DNA of 64,000 nt, from the NCBI RefSeq assembly GCF_003018255.1, contig NZ_CP027440.1, one strand, 5' to 3'. Below, one piece after another: positions 1 through 12,141 of this stretch; the first letter of the stretch is position 1; every line of letters starts with the position of its first letter. Under the pieces are notes generated by a model. It saw only the letters and a list, made by a program, of their open reading frames with translations. It did no database searches and was not told the origin of the DNA. Origin of the DNA: Escherichia coli. Its GTDB lineage: Bacteria; Pseudomonadota; Gammaproteobacteria; Enterobacterales; Enterobacteriaceae. Made by a program: the position numbers and the translations under genes.

Positions 1-1
1 G

Positions 2-2158
2 CAGGGCCATGAAACGCGGTATGAATACAACGCCGCCGGTGACCTGACCGCCGTCATTGCCCCGGACGGCAGCAGAAACGGGACACAGTACGATACGTGG
101 GGAAAGGCCATCCGTACCACGCAGGGTGGTCTGACGCGCAGTATGGAATACGATGCTGCCGGACGGGTCATCCGCCTGACCAGTGAAAACGGCAGCCACA
201 CCACCTTCCGTTACGATGTACTCGACCGGCTGATACAGGAAACCGGTTTTGACGGCCGCACACAGCGTTATCATCACGACCTGACCGGTAAACTTATCCG
301 CAGCGAGGATGAGGGGCTGGTCACCCACTGGCACTATGACGAAGCAGACCGCATCACGCACCGCACCGTGAAGGGTGAAACCGCAGAACAGTGGCGGTAC
401 GACGAACGCGGCTGGCTGACAGGCATCAGCCATCTCAGCGAAGGGCACCGGGTGACGGTGCATTACAGGTATGATGAGAAAGGCCGCCTGACCGGTGAGC
501 GCCAGACGGTGCATCACCCGCAGACGGAAGCACTGCTCTGGCAGCATGAGACCAGACATGCGTACAACGCGCAGGGGCTGGCGAACCGCTGTATACCGGA
601 CAGCCTGCCCGCCGTGGAATGGCTGACTTACGGCAGCGGCTGGCTGGCAGGCATGAAACTCGGCGACACACCGCTGGTGGATTTCACCCGTGACCGCCTG
701 CACCGGGAAACGCTGCGCAGCTTCGGCCGTTATGAACTCACCACCGCTTATACCTCTGCCGGGCAGTTACAGAGCCAGCACCTGAACAGCCTGCAGTATG
801 ACCGCGATTACACCTGGAACGACAACGGCGAACTCATCCGCATCAGCAGCCCGCGACAGACCCGGAGTTACAGCTACAGCGACTCCGGCAGGCTGACCGG
901 CGTCCACACCACCACCTCAAATCTGGATATCCGCATCCCGTATGCCACGGACCCGGCAGGTAACCGCCTGCCCGACCCGGAGCTGCACCCGGACAGCACC
1001 CTCAGCATGTGGCCGGATAACCGTATCGCCCGTGACGCGCACTATCTTTACCGGTATGACCGTCACGGCAGGCTGACAGAGAAAACCGACCTCATCCCGG
1101 AAGGGGTTATCCGCACGGATGATGAGCGGACTCACCGGTACCATTACGACAGCCGGCACCGGCTGGTGCACTACACGCGGACACAATATGCAGAGCCGCT
1201 GGTCGAAAGTCGCTATCTTTACGACCCGCTGGGCCGCAGGGTGGCAAAACGGGTATGGCGGCGTGAACGGGACCTGACGGGCTGGATGTCGCTGTCACGG
1301 AAACCGGAAGTGACCTGGTACGGCTGGGACGGCGACCGGCTGACCACGATACAGAACGACAGAACCCGCATCCAGACGGTTTATCAGCCGGGGAGCTTCA
1401 CGCCACTCATCAGGGTCGAAACCGCCACCGGAGAGCTGGCGAAAACGCAGCGCCGCAGCCTGGCGGATGCCCTTCAGCAGTCCGGCGGCGAAGACGGTGG
1501 CAGTGTGGTGTTCCCGCCGGTGCTGGTGCAGATGCTCGACCGGCTGGAAAGTGAAATCCTGGCTGACCGGGTGAGTGAGGAAAGCCGCCGCTGGCTGGCA
1601 TCGTGCGGCCTGACGGTGGAGCAGATACAAAACCAGATGGACCCGGTGTACACGCCGGCGCGAAAAATCCACCTGTACCACTGCGACCATCGCGGCCTGC
1701 CGCTGGCGCTTGTCAGCACGGAAGGGGCAACAGAATGGTGCGCAGAATACGATGAATGGGGCAACCTGCTGAATGAAGAGAACCCGCACCAGCTGCAGCA
1801 GCTCATCCGCCTGCCGGGTCAGCAGTATGATGAGGAGTCCGGCCTCTATTACAACCGCCACCGCTATTATGACCCGCTGCAGGGGCGGTATATCACTCAG
1901 GATCCGATTGGGCTTAAGGGGGGATGGAATTTTTATCAGTATCCGTTGAATCCGATCACTAATATAGATCCTTTAGGATTAGAAACACTAAAATGCATTA
2001 AGCCACTGCATTCAATGGGCGGAACTGGTGAAAGAAGCGGTCCAGATATATGGGGGAATCCGTTCTATCATCAATATCTTTGTGTCCCAGATGGTAAAGG
2101 GGACTATACTTGTGGTGGCCAAGACCAACGGGGAGAATCAAAAGGAGATGGTCTATAG
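2..2158 (+). CDS. rhsB: Rhs family protein, 3' part of core (YD repeats) through the DPxGL boundary plus a 57-aa C-terminal tip; 5' end lies upstream of the window
   Basis: Frame is open from position 2 with no stop until TAG at 2156-2158. Repeated YD/RYxYD motifs and the conserved core end [39 protein letters not shown] are present. Symbol assigned only from locus context (H-rpt yhhI and yhhJ-rbbA downstream). Confidence 0.85.
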   Translation, partial: QGHETRYEYNAAGDLTAVIAPDGSRNGTQYDTWGKAIRTTQGGLTRSMEYDAAGRVIRLTSENGSHTTFRYDVLDRLIQETGFDGRTQRYHHDLTGKLIRSEDEGLVTHWHYDEADRITHRTVKGETAEQWRYDERGWLTGISHLSEGHRVTVHYRYDEKGRLTGERQTVHHPQTEALLWQHETRHAYNAQGLANRCIPDSLPAVEWLTYGSGWLAGMKLGDTPLVDFTRDRLHRETLRSFGRYELTTAYTSAGQLQSQHLNSLQYDRDYTWNDNGELIRISSPRQTRSYSYSDSGRLTGVHTTTSNLDIRIPYATDPAGNRLPDPELHPDSTLSMWPDNRIARDAHYLYRYDRHGRLTEKTDLIPEGVIRTDDERTHRYHYDSRHRLVHYTRTQYAEPLVESRYLYDPLGRRVAKRVWRRERDLTGWMSLSRKPEVTWYGWDGDRLTTIQNDRTRIQTVYQPGSFTPLIRVETATGELAKTQRRSLADALQQSGGEDGGSVVFPPVLVQMLDRLESEILADRVSEESRRWLASCGLTVEQIQNQMDPVYTPARKIHLYHCDHRGLPLALVSTEGATEWCAEYDEWGNLLNEENPHQLQQLIRLPGQQYDEESGLYYNRHRYYDPLQGRYITQDPIGLKGGWNFYQYPLNPITNIDPLGLETLKCIKPLHSMGGTGERSGPDIWGNPFYHQYLCVPDGKGDYTCGGQDQRGESKGDGL

Positions 2159-2434
2159 GGGCCAGGTAAAGCAAGTAATGATACAAAAGAAGCTGCTGGC
2201 CGTTGTGACCTCGTTGAAACCGATAATAGTTGTGTGGAGAACTGTTTAAAAGGGAAGTTTAAAGAGGTAAGGCCGCGTTATTCTGTATTGCCTGATATAT
2301 TCACACCTATAAATTTAGGGCTATTTAAAAACTGCCAAGACTGGTCTAATGATTCTTTAGAAACATGTAAGATGAAGTGCTCCGGAAATAACATTGGACG
2401 TTTTATTAGATTTGTATTTACCGGAGTGATGTAA
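2159..2434 (+). other. In-frame continuation of the Rhs C-terminal region after a single amber codon; cysteine-rich 92-codon segment, possible distal half of a toxin domain
   Basis: Same reading frame as the rhs ORF; only TAG at 2156-2158 separates them, and the frame stays open to TAA at 2432-2434. AT-rich like typical Rhs-CT regions. Confidence 0.45.
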
Positions 2435-2760
2435 TGAAATGTATTATTTTTTTATTCAGAGCTATATGGCTGGCTTTATCGCTTTTAATACTATTCTTTT
2501 CCATGCATAGACTTTCACTATTAGACTCCACTCGTGATGTGAGCGAGTTAATTAGTCTCATGTCTTATGGAATGATGGTAATATGTTTTCCAACAGGCAT
2601 AGTATTCTTTATTGCTCTAATATTTATAGGGACTGTTTCAGACATTATTGGCGTAAGGATTGATAGTAAGTATATTATGGCGATAATAATATGGCTTTAT
2701 TTTCTGTCAGGAGGGTATATTCAATGGTTTGTATTAAGTAAGCGCATTATAAACAAATAA
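2434..2760 (+). CDS. Small predicted membrane protein (about 3 hydrophobic segments), candidate Rhs immunity protein
   Basis: 108-aa ORF whose ATG overlaps the preceding stop (TAATG); strongly hydrophobic stretches; position immediately after the Rhs-CT is typical for rhsI genes. Confidence 0.55.
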   Translation: MKCIIFLFRAIWLALSLLILFFSMHRLSLLDSTRDVSELISLMSYGMMVICFPTGIVFFIALIFIGTVSDIIGVRIDSKYIMAIIIWLYFLSGGYIQWFVLSKRIINK

Positions 2761-2805
2761 ATTAAGTTAATTGCTCTTGTTATTATATGTAACCTGGGCA
2801 TTGAT

Positions 2806-3275
2806 ATCCCGTATGCCACAGACCCGGCAGGCAACCGCCTGCCCGACCCGGAGCTGCACCCGGACAGCACCCTCAGCATGTGGCCGGATAACCGTATCGC
2901 CCGTGACGCGCACTATCTTTACCGGTATGACCGTCACGGCAGGCTGACAGAGAAAACCGACCTCATCCCGGAAGGGGTTATCCGCACGGATGATGAGCGG
3001 ACTCACCGGTACCATTACGACAGCCGGCACCGGCTGGTGCACTACACGCGGACACAATATGCAGAGCCGCTGGTCGAAAGCCGCTATCTTTACGACCCGC
3101 TGGGCCGCAGGGTGGCAAAACGGGTGTGGCGGCGTGAACGGGACCTGACGGGCTGGATGTCGCTGTCACGGAAACCGGAAGTGACCTGGTACGGCTGGGA
3201 CGGCGACCGGCTGACCACGATACAGAACGACAGAACCCGCATCCAGACGGTTTATCAGCCGGGGAGCTTCACGCC
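2806..3275 (+). pseudogene. Orphan rhs core fragment, near-identical duplicate of window positions about 938-1395
   Basis: Translation of 2878-3275 matches the rhs ORF almost residue-for-residue ([26 protein letters not shown]...[10 protein letters not shown]); homology breaks at 3275 where the H-rpt sequence starts. Confidence 0.85.
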
Positions 3276-4567
3276 CAGGGAAAGATCATCAGAAGTACAC
3301 TTTTTGTACTAAGTAATTCGCATTTTATGTTTAAAAATCGAGATATTCCTCATTACCTGAAGCTGTTTTTTATTGCGTATACATGATCAAATACTCCTTA
3401 CATAATTAAGGAGAACAAAATGGAACTTAAAAAATTGATGGAACATATTTCTATTATCCCCGATTACAGACAAGCCTGGAAAGTGGAACATAAATTGTCG
3501 GATATTCTACTGTTGACTATTTGTGCCGTTATTTCTGGTGCAGAAGGCTGGGAAGATATAGAGGATTTTGGGGAAACACATCTCGATTTTTTAAAACAAT
3601 ATGGTGATTTTGAAAATGGTATTCCTGTTCACGATACCATCGCCAGAGTTGTATCCTGTATCAGTCCTTCAAAATTTCACGAGTGCTTTATTAACTGGAT
3701 GCGAGATTGCCATACTTCAGATGATAAAGACGTCATCGCAATTGATGGAAAAACACTCCGGCATTCTTATGGCAAGAGTCGCCGCAGGGGAGCGATTCAT
3801 GTCATTAGTGCGTTCTCAACAATGCACAGTCTGGTCATCGGACAGATCAGGACGGATGAGAAATCCAATGAGATTACAGCTATCCCTGAACTTCTTAACA
3901 TGCTGGATATTAAAGGAAAAATAATCACAACTGATGCAATGGGTTGCCAGAAAGATATTGCAGAGAAGATACAAAAACAGGGCGGTGATTATTTATTCGC
4001 TGTAAAAGGAAATCAGGGGCGGCTAAATAAAGCCTTTGAGGAAAAATTCCCACTGAAAGAATTAAATAATCCAGAGCATGACAGTTACGCAATTAGTGAA
4101 AAGAGTCACGGCAGAGAAGAAATCCGTCTTCACATTGTTTGCGATGTCCCTGATGAACTTATTGATTTCACGTTTGAATGGAAAGGTCTGAAGAAATTAT
4201 GCGTGGCAGTCTCCTTTCGGTCAATAATAGCAGAACAAAAGAAAGAGCCAGAAATGACGGTCAGATATTATATCAGTTCTGCTGATTTAACCGCAGAGAA
4301 GTTCGCCATAGCAATCCGAAACCACTGGCACGTGGAGAATAAGCTGCACTGGCGTCTGGACGTGGTAATGAATGAAGACGACTGCAAAATAAGAAGAGGA
4401 AATGCAGCAGAATTATTTTCAGGGATACGGCACATTGCTATTAATATTTTGACGAATGATAAGGTATTCAAGGCAGGGTTAAGACGTAAGATGCGAAAAG
4501 CAGCCATGGACAGAAACTATCTCGCGTCAGTCCTTGCGGGGAGCGGGCTTTCGTAATCTTGCCCTGA
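3276..4567 (+). mobile_element. H-rpt (H-repeat, ISAs1-family) element, full-length copy
   Basis: About 1.3 kb unit containing a 378-aa transposase-like ORF; its 5' leader (3300-3420) and 3' end recur in the adjacent defective copy; boundaries approximate. Confidence 0.7.
3420..4556 (+). CDS. yhhI: H repeat-associated protein / ISAs1-family transposase
   Basis: 378-aa [35 protein letters not shown]... recognised as the H-rpt ORF; SD-like AAGGAG 8 nt upstream. Confidence 0.85.
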   Translation: MELKKLMEHISIIPDYRQAWKVEHKLSDILLLTICAVISGAEGWEDIEDFGETHLDFLKQYGDFENGIPVHDTIARVVSCISPSKFHECFINWMRDCHTSDDKDVIAIDGKTLRHSYGKSRRRGAIHVISAFSTMHSLVIGQIRTDEKSNEITAIPELLNMLDIKGKIITTDAMGCQKDIAEKIQKQGGDYLFAVKGNQGRLNKAFEEKFPLKELNNPEHDSYAISEKSHGREEIRLHIVCDVPDELIDFTFEWKGLKKLCVAVSFRSIIAEQKKEPEMTVRYYISSADLTAEKFAIAIRNHWHVENKLHWRLDVVMNEDDCKIRRGNAAELFSGIRHIAINILTNDKVFKAGLRRKMRKAAMDRNYLASVLAGSGLS

Positions 4568-4613
4568 TCAGACCACCGTTGATCACCATATCCATGAGTT
4601 TATGAATAAAGGG

Positions 4614-5192
4614 CAGGGAAAGATCACGCAACGCTGCTTTTTTGTACTAAATAATTCGCACTAAATATTCAATAATTGAGATATTCCTTATTACCTAAAG
4701 CTGTTTTCCATTGCTTATACATGATCAAATACTCCTTACATAATTAAGGAGAACAAAATGGAACTTAAAAAATTGATGGAACATATTTCTATTATCCCCG
4801 ATTACAGACAAGCCTGGAAAGTGGAGCATAAATTGTCAGATATTCTACTGTTGACTATTTGTGCCGTTATTTCTGGTGCAGAAGGTTGGGAAGATATAGA
4901 GGATTTTGGGGAAACTCATCTCGATTTTTTGAAGCAATATGGTGATTTTGAAAATGGTATTCCTGTTCACGATACCATTGCCAGAGTTGTATCCTGTATC
5001 AGTCCTGAAAAATTTCACGAGTGCTTTATTAACTGGATGCGTGACTGCCATTCTTCAGATGATAAAGACGTCATTGTAATTGATGGAAAAACGCTCCGGC
5101 ACTCTTATGACAAGAGTCGCCGCAGGGGAGCGATTCATGTCATTTCTCGCGTCAGTCCTTGCGGGGAGCGGGCTTTCGTAATCTTGCCCTGA
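4614..5192 (+). mobile_element. Defective second H-rpt copy with large internal deletion
   Basis: Leader and first about 125 codons nearly identical to copy 1, then jumps directly to the last about 15 codons and 3' end of the element (junction near 5143). Confidence 0.7.
4758..5192 (+). pseudogene. Truncated yhhI-like transposase remnant (internal deletion)
   Basis: 144-aa ORF identical at the N-terminus to the 378-aa H-rpt ORF but lacking about 250 internal codons. Confidence 0.8.
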
Positions 5193-5209
5193 ATACCGGA
5201 CTGAGTATA

Positions 5210-5244
<35 letters not shown>

Positions 5245-5345
5245 TGGTCAGTTCATAAACGCCTTATCCGGCCTAAAAAAAACTAAAATTCAATAAATTG
5301 CACCAATGCGTAGACCCTATAAGCTTACGCATCGGGCAACTGTAA

Positions 5346-6473
5346 TTACGCCATTGTCCCAATTGTCTTCCTGAATCTCAACAGTGCGATGGTGAAAAAC
5401 GCGCCGCCAATTGCCATCAGTGTCAGGAACTGCGGCCAGACGATTTCGAATCCGGCACCACGGTAGAGAATGGCCTGCGCGAGGCTAACAAAGTGTGTCG
5501 TCGGCATGGTCAGCATAATGTCCTGCACCATCTGCGGCATACTTTCGCGCGGCGTGGAACCACCGGAAAGCATTTGCAGCGGCAGCAGCACCAGAATCAC
5601 CAGCAGCCCCAGTTGCGGCATTGAACGCGCTATCGTCCCCATAAAAATACCGATTGACGTGGTGGCAAACAGACTGAGCGCCACGCCCAGCATAAACAGC
5701 GGGATCGAGCCTTCTATCGGTACGCCCAGCACGCCTTTTACCATCAGCACCAGCGATAATCCCGACACCACCAGCACCACCAGCCCCATCGACCAGACCT
5801 TTGCCATCATGATCTCAAACGGCGTTATCGGCATCACCAGTAAGTGTTCCACCGTGCCGTGTTCACGCTCGCGGATCAGCGCCGATCCGGTCAATACAAT
5901 CGCCAGCATGGTAATGTTGTTGATGATCGCCATCACCCCGCCAAACCACGCGGGATCAAGGTTCGGGTTAAAGCGCATCCGTGTTTCCAGCGATACCAAC
6001 GGTTCGCTGTTATCACGGTAGCGCGCGACAAAGCTGTTCACTTCACCGTTGATAATATTCTGGATATACCCATTGCCGGTAAATGCCTGGCTCATGCGCG
6101 TGGCATCGACGTTCACCTGAATATCCGGCTGGCGTCCGGCGAGGACATCACGCTGAAAATTAGGCGGAATATTTATCGCGAAGGTATAACGTCCGGCGTC
6201 CAGCCCGGCATCCATCTCATCGGCGGTGATCATCTCCGGTGGCAAAAACCACGGGCGATAGAAGCTGTTAACGATCCGGTTCGATAACTGCGATTGATCC
6301 ATATCGGCAATGGCGATCGGCGCGAGGTTCAACGATCCTGGCGTAACGGTCGCTGACGAATACACCGACACCGTAAACGAGAAGACAATCAGCGTCAGCA
6401 TCGCTTTATCACCGAGCAGACTGCGCAACTCTTTGATACCCAGATTAAAAATATTACGTAAATGGCGCATCAT
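5346..6473 (-). CDS. yhhJ: ABC-2 type transporter permease
   Basis: Hydrophobic 375-aa product; start chosen at MMRHLRNIF, overlapping the rbbA stop; operon position after rbbA. Confidence 0.85.
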   Translation of the reverse strand: MMRHLRNIFNLGIKELRSLLGDKAMLTLIVFSFTVSVYSSATVTPGSLNLAPIAIADMDQSQLSNRIVNSFYRPWFLPPEMITADEMDAGLDAGRYTFAINIPPNFQRDVLAGRQPDIQVNVDATRMSQAFTGNGYIQNIINGEVNSFVARYRDNSEPLVSLETRMRFNPNLDPAWFGGVMAIINNITMLAIVLTGSALIREREHGTVEHLLVMPITPFEIMMAKVWSMGLVVLVVSGLSLVLMVKGVLGVPIEGSIPLFMLGVALSLFATTSIGIFMGTIARSMPQLGLLVILVLLPLQMLSGGSTPRESMPQMVQDIMLTMPTTHFVSLAQAILYRGAGFEIVWPQFLTLMAIGGAFFTIALLRFRKTIGTMA

Positions 6474-9205
6474 CCCTCCTGTTTTTTCAGCAGCAGGATG
6501 CTTAAGCCCATCACCAGCGGTATGGCTATCAGCAACGGGATAAAAAGTTGCCACAAATCAGTCAGATCCAGCGCTTTCGAGAACGTTCCGCGGGCGATAG
6601 TCAGAAAATGACTGGTCGGGTAAACCTCGCCGATCCAACGTCCTGGACCTTCCAGCGAAGCTACCGGATCGATCATCCCGGAAAACTGTGTCGCCGGGAT
6701 CAACGTGATAATTGCCGTACCAAAAATGGCGGCAATCTGGCTTTTCATAAAGGTGGAGATCAGCAGCCCCATTCCGGTGGCGATGATGATATACAGCAGC
6801 GCCGCCAGGGTGAGAGTCAGGAAACTGCCTTTATGCGGTACGCCAAATACAAATACCGACAGGGCGCAGAGCAGGAAAAAGTTCAGCATCCCCAGCGCGA
6901 TGTATGGCAGCTGTTTGCCAAGCAAAAATTCGCTACGGGTGGTGGGGGTCACGTAAAGGTTGATAATCGACCCTAGCTCTTTTTCCCGCACCACGCTAAG
7001 GGCGCTTAGCATTGACGGGATCATCATCAGCAGAAGCGGGATCACCGCCGGAACAATCGCCGGCAGGCTTTTTACGTCCGGGTTATAGCGATAGCGCGTC
7101 TCAATATTCATCAGCCCGCTTTGGCTGGCGGGTGTGGACTGTCGGCTCGCCACATCCTGTAGCCAGCTCTGGTGCATGGCCTGCACGTAGCCTTTTACCG
7201 TTTCGGCGCGGCTCGGCATCGCACCGTCGATCCAGACACCGAGTTCCACGGGCGTACCACGCGCGATATCGCGCCCGAAATTAGGAGGGATCTCAATTGC
7301 CACCGTGATATCGCCCGCACGCATCCGACGATCAAGCTCGTCATAACTGGTGAGCGGCGGCTGTTCGATAAAGTAACGGGAACCGGAGAGATTGAGCGTC
7401 CACGCCTGGCTACTGACGGTTTGATCGCGGTCAAGCACCGCAAAGCGCAGGTTTTCCACATCCATACTGATGCCGTAACCCATTATCAGCATCAGGATCA
7501 CCGTTCCCATCAGCGCCAGCGTCGAACGTACCGGATCGCGTCGCAGTTCCAGCGCTTCGCGGCGGCTGTAGCTAAACAGACGGCGCAGGCTAAATCCCTG
7601 ACGCGCCGCGTGGGTGGTGTCGTGTATCACGGGCGGCGCTTCGGCTTCGTTGCTCTGCCCTGCCGCTTCCTGCAAACAGGCGATAAATGCCTCTTCCAGA
7701 CTTGCGGCTCCGCGTTTCTCAACCAGTTCCTGCGGTGTCCCGCTGGCGAGCACTTTTCCGGCGTGCATCAGTGAGATACGGTCGCAACGTTCCGCTTCGT
7801 TCATAAAGTGGGTGGAGATGAAGATAGTCACTTTGTCCTGGCGCGAGAGATCGACCATCAACTGCCAGAACATATCCCTCGCCACCGGATCGACGCCAGA
7901 AGTAGGCTCATCGAGGATTAACATCTCCGGGCGATGAATCACCGCCACCGCCAGCGAAAGCCGCTGGCGAATGCCGAGCGGCAATGACTCCGGCAGAACA
8001 TCTTCAACGTCGTTGAGCTTAAAACGCTCGCTCATTTCAGCCACTCGCGCGGGAATTTCCGCTTCCGGGATGTGAAACAAACGGGCATGTAACTCAAGGT
8101 TTTGCCGCACGGTGAGTTCGTTATAGAGCGAAAACGCCTGCGACATATAGCCTACCCGACGGCGGGTATCGATATCTTTTGGATCAACCGGTTGCCCAAA
8201 CAGCCACGCCTCACCTTCGCTGGCGGGCAGCAGTCCGGTGAGCATTTTCATGGTGGTGGATTTACCGCAGCCGTTCGAACCGAGGAATCCAAAAATCTCC
8301 CCGCGTGGAATGCGGAAATTGACGTGATCAACGGCAACGAAGGAACCAAAACGCATGGTCAGATCGCGCGCTTCGATGGCAATCTCTGCGTTTTCAGGGT
8401 GATACGGTGGGATCACTACCGCCTGATGCGCCTGGCGTTGCGCTTGCGGTAACAGATTTATAAATGCTTCTTCCAGCGTGGCGCTTTGCGTTTGCTGCCG
8501 CAGCTCTTCGGCGCTGCCGGTTGCCAGCACTTCTCCGGCATTCATCGCTACCAGCCAGTCGAAGCGTTCGGCCTCTTCCATGTAGGCGGTGGCGACCAGC
8601 ACGCTCATATTGCTCTGCCGCTGGCGAATGCTGTCGATCAAATCCCAGAACTGGGCGCGGGAGAGCGGGTCAACCCCCGTTGTTGGCTCATCAAGAATCA
8701 ACAGTTCCGGGTCGTGGATTAACGCACAGCACAGCCCAAGTTTTTGCTTCATCCCGCCGGAGAGTTTCCCTGCCGGACGATCACGAAACGGTGCTAACCC
8801 GGTGCTGGTCAGCAGCTCATTGATTCGCACTTCCCGCTCCGCTTTGTCGTGACCGAACAGGCGAGCGAAAAAATCGACGTTTTCATACACCGACAAGGTG
8901 TGGTAGAGGTTTTTGCCCAGCCCCTGCGGCATCCAGGCGATGCGCGGGCAAACGTCGCGGCGATGCTTCGGGTCGCGCATATCGCCGCCCAGCACCATCA
9001 CGCTGCCCTGCTCAATGACGCGGGCACCGGAAATCAACGACAACAAGCTCGATTTACCGACACCATCCGGTCCAATCAGCCCGACCATGCAACGGGCCGG
9101 AATATCGAGTGTGATATTGTTCAGCGCAACGGTTTTTCCATAATGCTGGCTCACGCCCGCCAGTTGCGCGACAGGCGGGACGGGAACCAGTTCCAGATGC
9201 GTCAT
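6470..9205 (-). CDS. rbbA: Ribosome-associated ATPase, fused tandem ABC ATPase domains plus permease domain
   Basis: 911-aa ORF with two Walker A motifs ([18 protein letters not shown]) and ABC signature LSGGMKQK, C-terminal membrane domain. Confidence 0.9.
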   Translation of the reverse strand: MTHLELVPVPPVAQLAGVSQHYGKTVALNNITLDIPARCMVGLIGPDGVGKSSLLSLISGARVIEQGSVMVLGGDMRDPKHRRDVCPRIAWMPQGLGKNLYHTLSVYENVDFFARLFGHDKAEREVRINELLTSTGLAPFRDRPAGKLSGGMKQKLGLCCALIHDPELLILDEPTTGVDPLSRAQFWDLIDSIRQRQSNMSVLVATAYMEEAERFDWLVAMNAGEVLATGSAEELRQQTQSATLEEAFINLLPQAQRQAHQAVVIPPYHPENAEIAIEARDLTMRFGSFVAVDHVNFRIPRGEIFGFLGSNGCGKSTTMKMLTGLLPASEGEAWLFGQPVDPKDIDTRRRVGYMSQAFSLYNELTVRQNLELHARLFHIPEAEIPARVAEMSERFKLNDVEDVLPESLPLGIRQRLSLAVAVIHRPEMLILDEPTSGVDPVARDMFWQLMVDLSRQDKVTIFISTHFMNEAERCDRISLMHAGKVLASGTPQELVEKRGAASLEEAFIACLQEAAGQSNEAEAPPVIHDTTHAARQGFSLRRLFSYSRREALELRRDPVRSTLALMGTVILMLIMGYGISMDVENLRFAVLDRDQTVSSQAWTLNLSGSRYFIEQPPLTSYDELDRRMRAGDITVAIEIPPNFGRDIARGTPVELGVWIDGAMPSRAETVKGYVQAMHQSWLQDVASRQSTPASQSGLMNIETRYRYNPDVKSLPAIVPAVIPLLLMMIPSMLSALSVVREKELGSIINLYVTPTTRSEFLLGKQLPYIALGMLNFFLLCALSVFVFGVPHKGSFLTLTLAALLYIIIATGMGLLISTFMKSQIAAIFGTAIITLIPATQFSGMIDPVASLEGPGRWIGEVYPTSHFLTIARGTFSKALDLTDLWQLFIPLLIAIPLVMGLSILLLKKQEG

Positions 9206-10269
9206 TGCGGCAACCTCACCACCAGGTCGTCAGGCCACGGAAGTTCTTCATTCACCCGCACCCACGCTACGCCCGGCAATCCGGTTTTGACATATTCCAG
9301 ATGCTGCTGGAGTAATTCCGGTGGGATACGCGCTTTGACACGGAACATCAATTTCAGCCGCTCATCGCTGGTTTCGACGGTTTTTGGCGTGAACTGGGCG
9401 ACGCTGGCGACAAAACTGATGGTCGCGGGAATACGCAGATCTGGTGCAGCATCAAGAATCAAACGTGCTTCACCGCCCAGTTTCAGCGTGCCCGCCTGTT
9501 CGGTTGGCAGAAAGAAGGTCATATAGACGTCGCTGAGATCGACCATATTCAGCACCCGACCGCCTGCCGCCAGCACTTCGCCTGGCTCGGCAACCCGATA
9601 CTGCACGCGTCCGTCACGCGGGGCTTTCAGTTCGCTGTCATCGATATCTGCGGCAATGCGCCGTTCAGTGGCTTGTGCCGCTTCGACGCGAGTTTGCGCC
9701 TGAATGATATTGGTGCGTGCCGCCTCTATAGCGGCTTTAGAAGCAGAAACCTGAGCTTTTGCCGATTCCAGCGCAGCTCGGGCGCTCTCAGCGGCGGCGC
9801 GGTCGTCATCCAACTGTTGCGCAGAAATTGCCCCCCGTTGTGCCAGTGAGCGGGAACGCGTATGACGTTTTGCTACGGAGTCCAGTTCTGCCTGGCGTTG
9901 ATTAACCAGCGACTGTGCGGCACGAGTTTCGCTTTGGCGTTGCTCCAGCAAAGCCTGCGCGGCGGCAACGGCACTTTGTGCTTCTTTGATTTGCGCGATG
10001 GCTTCCAGTCGCTGTTCCTGCAACACGCGAGTATCCATCTTCGCCAGCACTTCACCTTCTCGAACAAACTGGCCTTCTTTCACCAGAATGGTGTCGATAC
10101 GCCCGGCAATTTTGCTGGCGATATCCACTTCCGTCGCTTCAATGCGCCCATTGCTGACAGCAAAGCCTTCCGGCACACCCGCCGGGCGCAACAGCCACCA
10201 CGCCACGACGGCAGCCACCGCCAGTGCCCCGACAACCCACCACGCCAGATGGCGCTTACTCTTATCCAT
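9202..10269 (-). CDS. yhiI: HlyD-family membrane fusion protein
   Basis: 355-aa ORF with N-terminal TM anchor and long coiled-coil region; stop overlaps the rbbA start (translational coupling). Confidence 0.85.
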   Translation of the reverse strand: MDKSKRHLAWWVVGALAVAAVVAWWLLRPAGVPEGFAVSNGRIEATEVDIASKIAGRIDTILVKEGQFVREGEVLAKMDTRVLQEQRLEAIAQIKEAQSAVAAAQALLEQRQSETRAAQSLVNQRQAELDSVAKRHTRSRSLAQRGAISAQQLDDDRAAAESARAALESAKAQVSASKAAIEAARTNIIQAQTRVEAAQATERRIAADIDDSELKAPRDGRVQYRVAEPGEVLAAGGRVLNMVDLSDVYMTFFLPTEQAGTLKLGGEARLILDAAPDLRIPATISFVASVAQFTPKTVETSDERLKLMFRVKARIPPELLQQHLEYVKTGLPGVAWVRVNEELPWPDDLVVRLPQ

Positions 10270-11002
10270 AATCGATCCGCCATAATCCCTGTAAGCAATC
10301 GACGCGTGTTACAACTGCCACCGAACGATGTTCAGCGGATTCTTCCATCCGGGATAAGAAGGAAATGGCAAATACGACCAGCGCACAGAGCATTGAGCGC
10401 CAATGGGGAAGGCTTAGTGAAAACGGGTAGTAATGTTGTCATCATCAGCATTCCTGGCCGTAAATGAAACACGCATACTCATAAGTGAAATCAATTAAAT
10501 ACTAACAGTTATATTCATGTTGTCTATTTGATTGCCATCAACTTGTGATACATCGCGATGTTCTTCCGTTCGCTGGTGTTTTTTCCAAAAATATTCTGTA
10601 CAGGTTCACAGATTCTGTTGCACAGGTTTCCGTAACAGGGAAACCTGATGACTATCACATAGCGTTATTATCGCCTGATGTGCGAATAAATACCGAATAT
10701 AAAATAATTTATTCTGAAAAGATGATAGATGATAAAGGCTCGTGGGTTTAATAAAATATTCCCTAAAAGACTCATTTAAAACAACAAAATAAGATAAAGA
10801 TATTAATTCAGAGTTTATCTTAGGATAAATATTTATTTAATAGCATTAACTCACAGCTAAAAGTTGATCCCCATAACGCTAAATCCGATTATAGTGAAGT
10901 TACTTTTTTTAATTGATGGCATCTTATAGACATATTTAACTAACTGAAAAGACGAATCATATGTTTTTCGAAGTGTAGCAGAAAATATATATGGGGTTTA
11001 AA

Positions 11003-12055
11003 ATGAATATATATATCGGATGGTTGTTTAAATTAATTCCTTTACTGATGGGTATAATATGCATCGCATTAGGTGAGTTTGTATTAACCGGTTCTGGGCA
11101 AAGTGAATATTTCGTTGCAGGGCATGTTCTGATTTCTCTTTCTGCGATATGTCTGGCATTGTTCACTACCGCATTTATTATTATATCTCAGTTAACTCAC
11201 GGCATGAATAAATTCTACAACAGGTTATTTCCCGTTATTGGTTATGCCGGTTCTGCTACAACTATGATTTGGGGATGGTCACTGTTGGCAAGCAATAATG
11301 TGATGGCAGATGAATTTGTCGCCGGTCATGTTATTTTCGGCGTTGGCATGATTGCCGCTTGTGTATCAACCGTAGCGGCATCTTCCGGACATTTTCTGTT
11401 GATCCCCAAAAACGCCTCGGGCAGTAAGAGTGACGGTACGCCATTGCAGGCCTATTCTTCAACAATCGGTAATTGCTTAATTGCCGTTCCCGTTCTGCTT
11501 ACTCTCTTTGGTTTCATTTGGTCAGTCATACTGTTACGTAGTGCAGATATCACACCACATTATGTTGCAGGTCACGTACTAATGGGGTTAACGGCAATTT
11601 GCGCTTGTCTTATTGGCCTTGTCGCCACTATTGTCCATCAAACGCGGAATACGTTCTCAGTGAAAGAACATTGGCTGTGGTGCTATTGGGTTATTTTGCT
11701 TGGCTCACTTACCATTATTTTTGGTATCTACGTATTAATCAGTTCAGATGCAAGCGCCCGCCTGGCCCCCGGCATTATTCTCATTTGCCTGGGGATGATC
11801 TGCTACAGTATTTTCTCCAAAGTGTGGTTGTTAGCGCTGGTATGGCGACGCACCTGTTCGTTAGCCAACAGAATACCCATGATTCCGGTATTTACCTGTC
11901 TGTTTTGTCTGTTCCTTGCTGCGTTCCTGGCTGAAATTGCGCAAACCGATATGGCTTACTTTATTCCTTCGCGAGTTCTGGTTGGCTTAGGTGCAGTTTG
12001 TTTTACACTGTTTTCCATCGTTTCTATATTAGAAGCGGGTTCAGCGAAAAAATAA
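11003..12055 (+). CDS. yhiM: Inner membrane protein YhiM (acid resistance associated)
   Basis: Polytopic membrane protein with repeated FVAGHV motifs; start taken at MNIYIGWLF (ORF track begins 4 codons earlier). Confidence 0.8.
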   Translation: MNIYIGWLFKLIPLLMGIICIALGEFVLTGSGQSEYFVAGHVLISLSAICLALFTTAFIIISQLTHGMNKFYNRLFPVIGYAGSATTMIWGWSLLASNNVMADEFVAGHVIFGVGMIAACVSTVAASSGHFLLIPKNASGSKSDGTPLQAYSSTIGNCLIAVPVLLTLFGFIWSVILLRSADITPHYVAGHVLMGLTAICACLIGLVATIVHQTRNTFSVKEHWLWCYWVILLGSLTIIFGIYVLISSDASARLAPGIILICLGMICYSIFSKVWLLALVWRRTCSLANRIPMIPVFTCLFCLFLAAFLAEIAQTDMAYFIPSRVLVGLGAVCFTLFSIVSILEAGSAKK

Positions 12056-12067
12056 TAAAAAAGGCTT

Positions 12068-12099
12068 CAGATAAGGCGTTGGACGCCTTATCTGGTTTT
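12068..12099 (+). terminator. Intrinsic terminator hairpin between convergent yhiM and yhiN
   Basis: Perfect 11-bp stem CAGATAAGGCG/CGCCTTATCTG with 5-nt loop followed by GTTTT. Confidence 0.6.
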
Positions 12100-12141
12100 A
12101 TTCAGGTTAATCCCTCTGGTATCGAGAGCACATTTTGCTTC

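Noticed and set aside
1295-1861. 188-aa minus-strand ORF (and several others, 63-110 aa) inside the rhs core
   Set aside because: Antisense shadow ORFs in GC-rich repeat-coding DNA; no start signals, fully overlapped by the Rhs reading frame.
10545-10751. 68-aa ORF in the AT-rich yhiI-yhiM spacer
   Set aside because: No ribosome-binding site, low-complexity AT-rich sequence; more likely non-coding remnant.
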